Shown here one piece after another: positions 62,158-64,000 of a DNA stretch of 64,000 bases (position 1 is its first letter; the number at the start of each line of letters is the position of its first letter). This DNA is from Methanocellaceae archaeon UBA148 (lineage in GTDB: Archaea > Halobacteriota > UBA148), in NCBI GenBank assembly GCA_002495885.1, contig DAHG01000025.1, positions 19,022 through 83,021 on the forward strand, written 5' to 3'. The notes beneath the pieces were generated by a model. The model did no database searches. It saw only the letters and a list, made by a program, of their open reading frames with translations, and was not told where the DNA came from. Position numbers and translations under genes: made by a program.

Positions 62158-63102
62158 TTGATGATAGAGATATTTTTTTATGAAAACGGCGTACAAAGAG
62201 CTAAAATTTCAGATTTAAAAAATATCAAAAATAAACAATTATGGATCGATATTACGGATATTTCTGAAGAAGAAAAAGAGTTAATACAAAAAACATTTGA
62301 GCTCCATCCATTGACTGCGGAAGACCTTTTTAACTCAAATATTAGAGTGAAAGTTGAGGAATTTCCACATTATCTATTTTGCGTATTCTATGGGATAACA
62401 AGCCTAGAATCAATTGAAATGGTTGAATTGGACTACATAATAGGAGATAACTTTCTAATAACTAACCATAAAAAAGATATTGAATCCTATAACAAATTAA
62501 AAAATGATGAAGAGAAATTAAGTGAACTGTTCGAAAAAGGAAATATTTTTCTTTTCCATAAGTTCTTGGATAAGGAGGTTGATAATTATTTTCCTGCATT
62601 GGAAAAAATTGACGACTTAATTGAAACCATTGAAGAAGAGATAATCAAAAAGCCGAAACCCGAATTGTTAAGCAGGACACTAAACTTAAAGAGGCAGATA
62701 GTAGAAATAAAAAAGATTACATTACCACAAAGAGAGAAAATATCATTTCTTGCTAAAAATGATTACAAGTTTATATCAAAAAATGCCATTCCTTATTTCA
62801 GAGACATTTACGATCATTCAATAAAAGTTTCAGATTCCATTGACAATTATAGGGAATCTGTGGGTAATACTTTTGACGCATATATGTACGCTGTTTCGAA
62901 TAGCATAAATGAGGTAATGAAAGTATTAAGTATTATTGCTACAATTGCTTTGCCCTTAACCGTAATTTCAGGGATCTACGGAACTAATTTTACAAATTTG
63001 CCTGGCTCAAGTTTTATATATGGTTTTTGGCTAATGATTTTTATTATGATTTTACTAAGTGTATCTATGATTCTTTATTTAAAAAAGAGAAAATGGTTTT
63101 GA
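62158..63102 (+). CDS. corA: CorA-family divalent-cation transporter with a GTN variant of the GMN motif
   Basis: Cytoplasmic funnel domain plus two C-terminal TM helices. The signature reads 'IYGTNFTNLPG' (Y-G-T-N-F rather than Y-G-M-N-F). Confidence 0.8.
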   Translation: MMIEIFFYENGVQRAKISDLKNIKNKQLWIDITDISEEEKELIQKTFELHPLTAEDLFNSNIRVKVEEFPHYLFCVFYGITSLESIEMVELDYIIGDNFLITNHKKDIESYNKLKNDEEKLSELFEKGNIFLFHKFLDKEVDNYFPALEKIDDLIETIEEEIIKKPKPELLSRTLNLKRQIVEIKKITLPQREKISFLAKNDYKFISKNAIPYFRDIYDHSIKVSDSIDNYRESVGNTFDAYMYAVSNSINEVMKVLSIIATIALPLTVISGIYGTNFTNLPGSSFIYGFWLMIFIMILLSVSMILYLKKRKWF

Positions 63103-63246
63103 TTTAAAATTTAGGAAATCCATCATCTAAAATTACTTTAGAAACTAAAAATTAGAAACAAAAAACTTTTGATTATATAAATCGCTATGTAAGAAACACC
63201 AACCCATACCAAACAGGAAAAACCTAATAAAAAAATAAAAGAAAAC

Positions 63247-64000
63247 TCAACCTTTCATCACACCCATCGGCACTAATTTTGCAACCGTCTTGCTTATGCC
63301 AGCTATTTCACAAACCCTGACAACCTCATCGATGTCTTTGTATACATCGGGCGCTTCTTCTGCTAAAATCTTCAAACTGGCGGACCGTACGAATATGTCT
63401 CTGCTTTCCAAATTCGCCTTTATATCTTCTCCCCTGAATTTTTTCACCGCATTATGTCTCGACATGATACGCCCTGCACCATGGCAGACGGAAGAAAATG
63501 TCTCCTTTTCGGCCAGTTTTGTTCCCACTAGAACGTAGCTAGCAGAGCCCATATCTCCTGGAACCAGCACAGGCTGGCCCACATTACGATAATCCTTTGG
63601 TAAATCTGCTGCATCAGGACCTAAACATCGAGTTGCCCCCTTCCGGTGCACGACAACGTTAGTCTGCTCACCATCTATTACATGTTTCTCTAATTTACCG
63701 ATGTTGTGTGCGACGTCGTAGATGATGTTAAGATCAAGCTCGTCCGGTGACATGCCCAGAACCTTAGCCATGCTTTCCTTCACCCAATGAGTTATCATCT
63801 GTCTGTTACACCAGGCAAAATTCGCCGCACAACTCATAGCTGAGAAATAATCATCAAATTCATTGGTTCCAGCCGGGGCATATACCAATTCGCGATCAGG
63901 TAGCTTTGACACCTCATTTCTAAACTTCATCTCCAATATTCGAAGATAATCGGTGCACACTTGATGCCCAAAACCTCTGGATCCGGTATGAATCATCACA
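63247..64000 (-). CDS. rtcB: RNA-splicing ligase RtcB (3' part; the gene continues beyond the window end)
   Basis: 'HTGSRGFGHQVCTDYL' and 'HNIGKLEKH' RtcB active-site motifs. The ORF is open at the window boundary. Confidence 0.85.
   Translation of the reverse strand, partial: VMIHTGSRGFGHQVCTDYLRILEMKFRNEVSKLPDRELVYAPAGTNEFDDYFSAMSCAANFAWCNRQMITHWVKESMAKVLGMSPDELDLNIIYDVAHNIGKLEKHVIDGEQTNVVVHRKGATRCLGPDAADLPKDYRNVGQPVLVPGDMGSASYVLVGTKLAEKETFSSVCHGAGRIMSRHNAVKKFRGEDIKANLESRDIFVRSASLKILAEEAPDVYKDIDEVVRVCEIAGISKTVAKLVPMGVMKG

Overview
This window looks like archaeal chromosome, euryarchaeal and Methanosarcinales-like, with about 42% GC. Most of it is conserved core machinery. The first ~10 kb carries a complete A1AO ATP synthase operon on the minus strand, in the order ahaH-I-K-E-C-F-A-B-D, with a tightly coupled extra ORF downstream of D. 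A proton-antiporter-like membrane subunit precedes the operon. Next come a CBS-ParB fusion gene, a DUF373 membrane protein, an ATP-dependent DNA ligase, a DUF4349 lipoprotein, a LeuB/LeuD/LeuC-type cluster (or the homologous Aks homoaconitase set), the diadenylate cyclase DacZ, and a TPR protein. EF-2, EF-1alpha, ribosomal protein S10 and the FBP aldolase/phosphatase form one co-directional block. At 26.2-26.5 kb, tRNA-Arg(CCG) and tRNA-Ser(TGA) are followed at once by a tyrosine integrase and a ~6 kb AT-rich accessory island. The island holds a truncated solitary HsdS-like gene operonic with two small membrane proteins, a hypothetical gene, and a DinG/Rad3-like helicase broken by two +/-1 frameshifts in G/C homopolymers. 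From 32.6 to 55.2 kb, all on the minus strand, runs a large ribosomal protein, RNA polymerase and SecY supercluster: memo, rps2, eno, rpoK, tRNA-Pro, rpoN, rps9, rpl13, rpl18e, tRNA-Leu, rpoD, rps11, rps4, rps13, tRNA-Ser(GGA), cbf5, cmk, DUF106, secY, L15, L30, S5, L18, L19e, L32e, L6, S8, S14, L5, S4e, L24, L14, S17, Rpp29, L29, S3, L22, S19, L2, L23, L4, L3, and a SPOUT/DUF171 methylase. Its tRNA-Leu(GAG) carries an apparent ~79-nt insert in the D-loop. Beyond 55.5 kb lie a Mut7-C RNase-domain protein, archease, a CPBP protease that is frameshifted several times at G runs, a SAM-dependent methyltransferase, a Tat lipoprotein with a (TP)n linker and two tandem cytochrome-b5-like (COG4892) domains, three small hypothetical genes, MgtC, a CorA with a GTN instead of GMN motif, and the 3' part of rtcB. 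The candidate novelties are the tRNA-proximal island, the operator-like repeat arrays at 10.03 kb and 55.23-55.31 kb, the D-loop insertion in tRNA-Leu, the duplicated proteolipid with only one carboxylate, and the tandem-b5 lipoprotein. All calls rest on reading the six-frame translations and motifs by eye, because no searches could be run.
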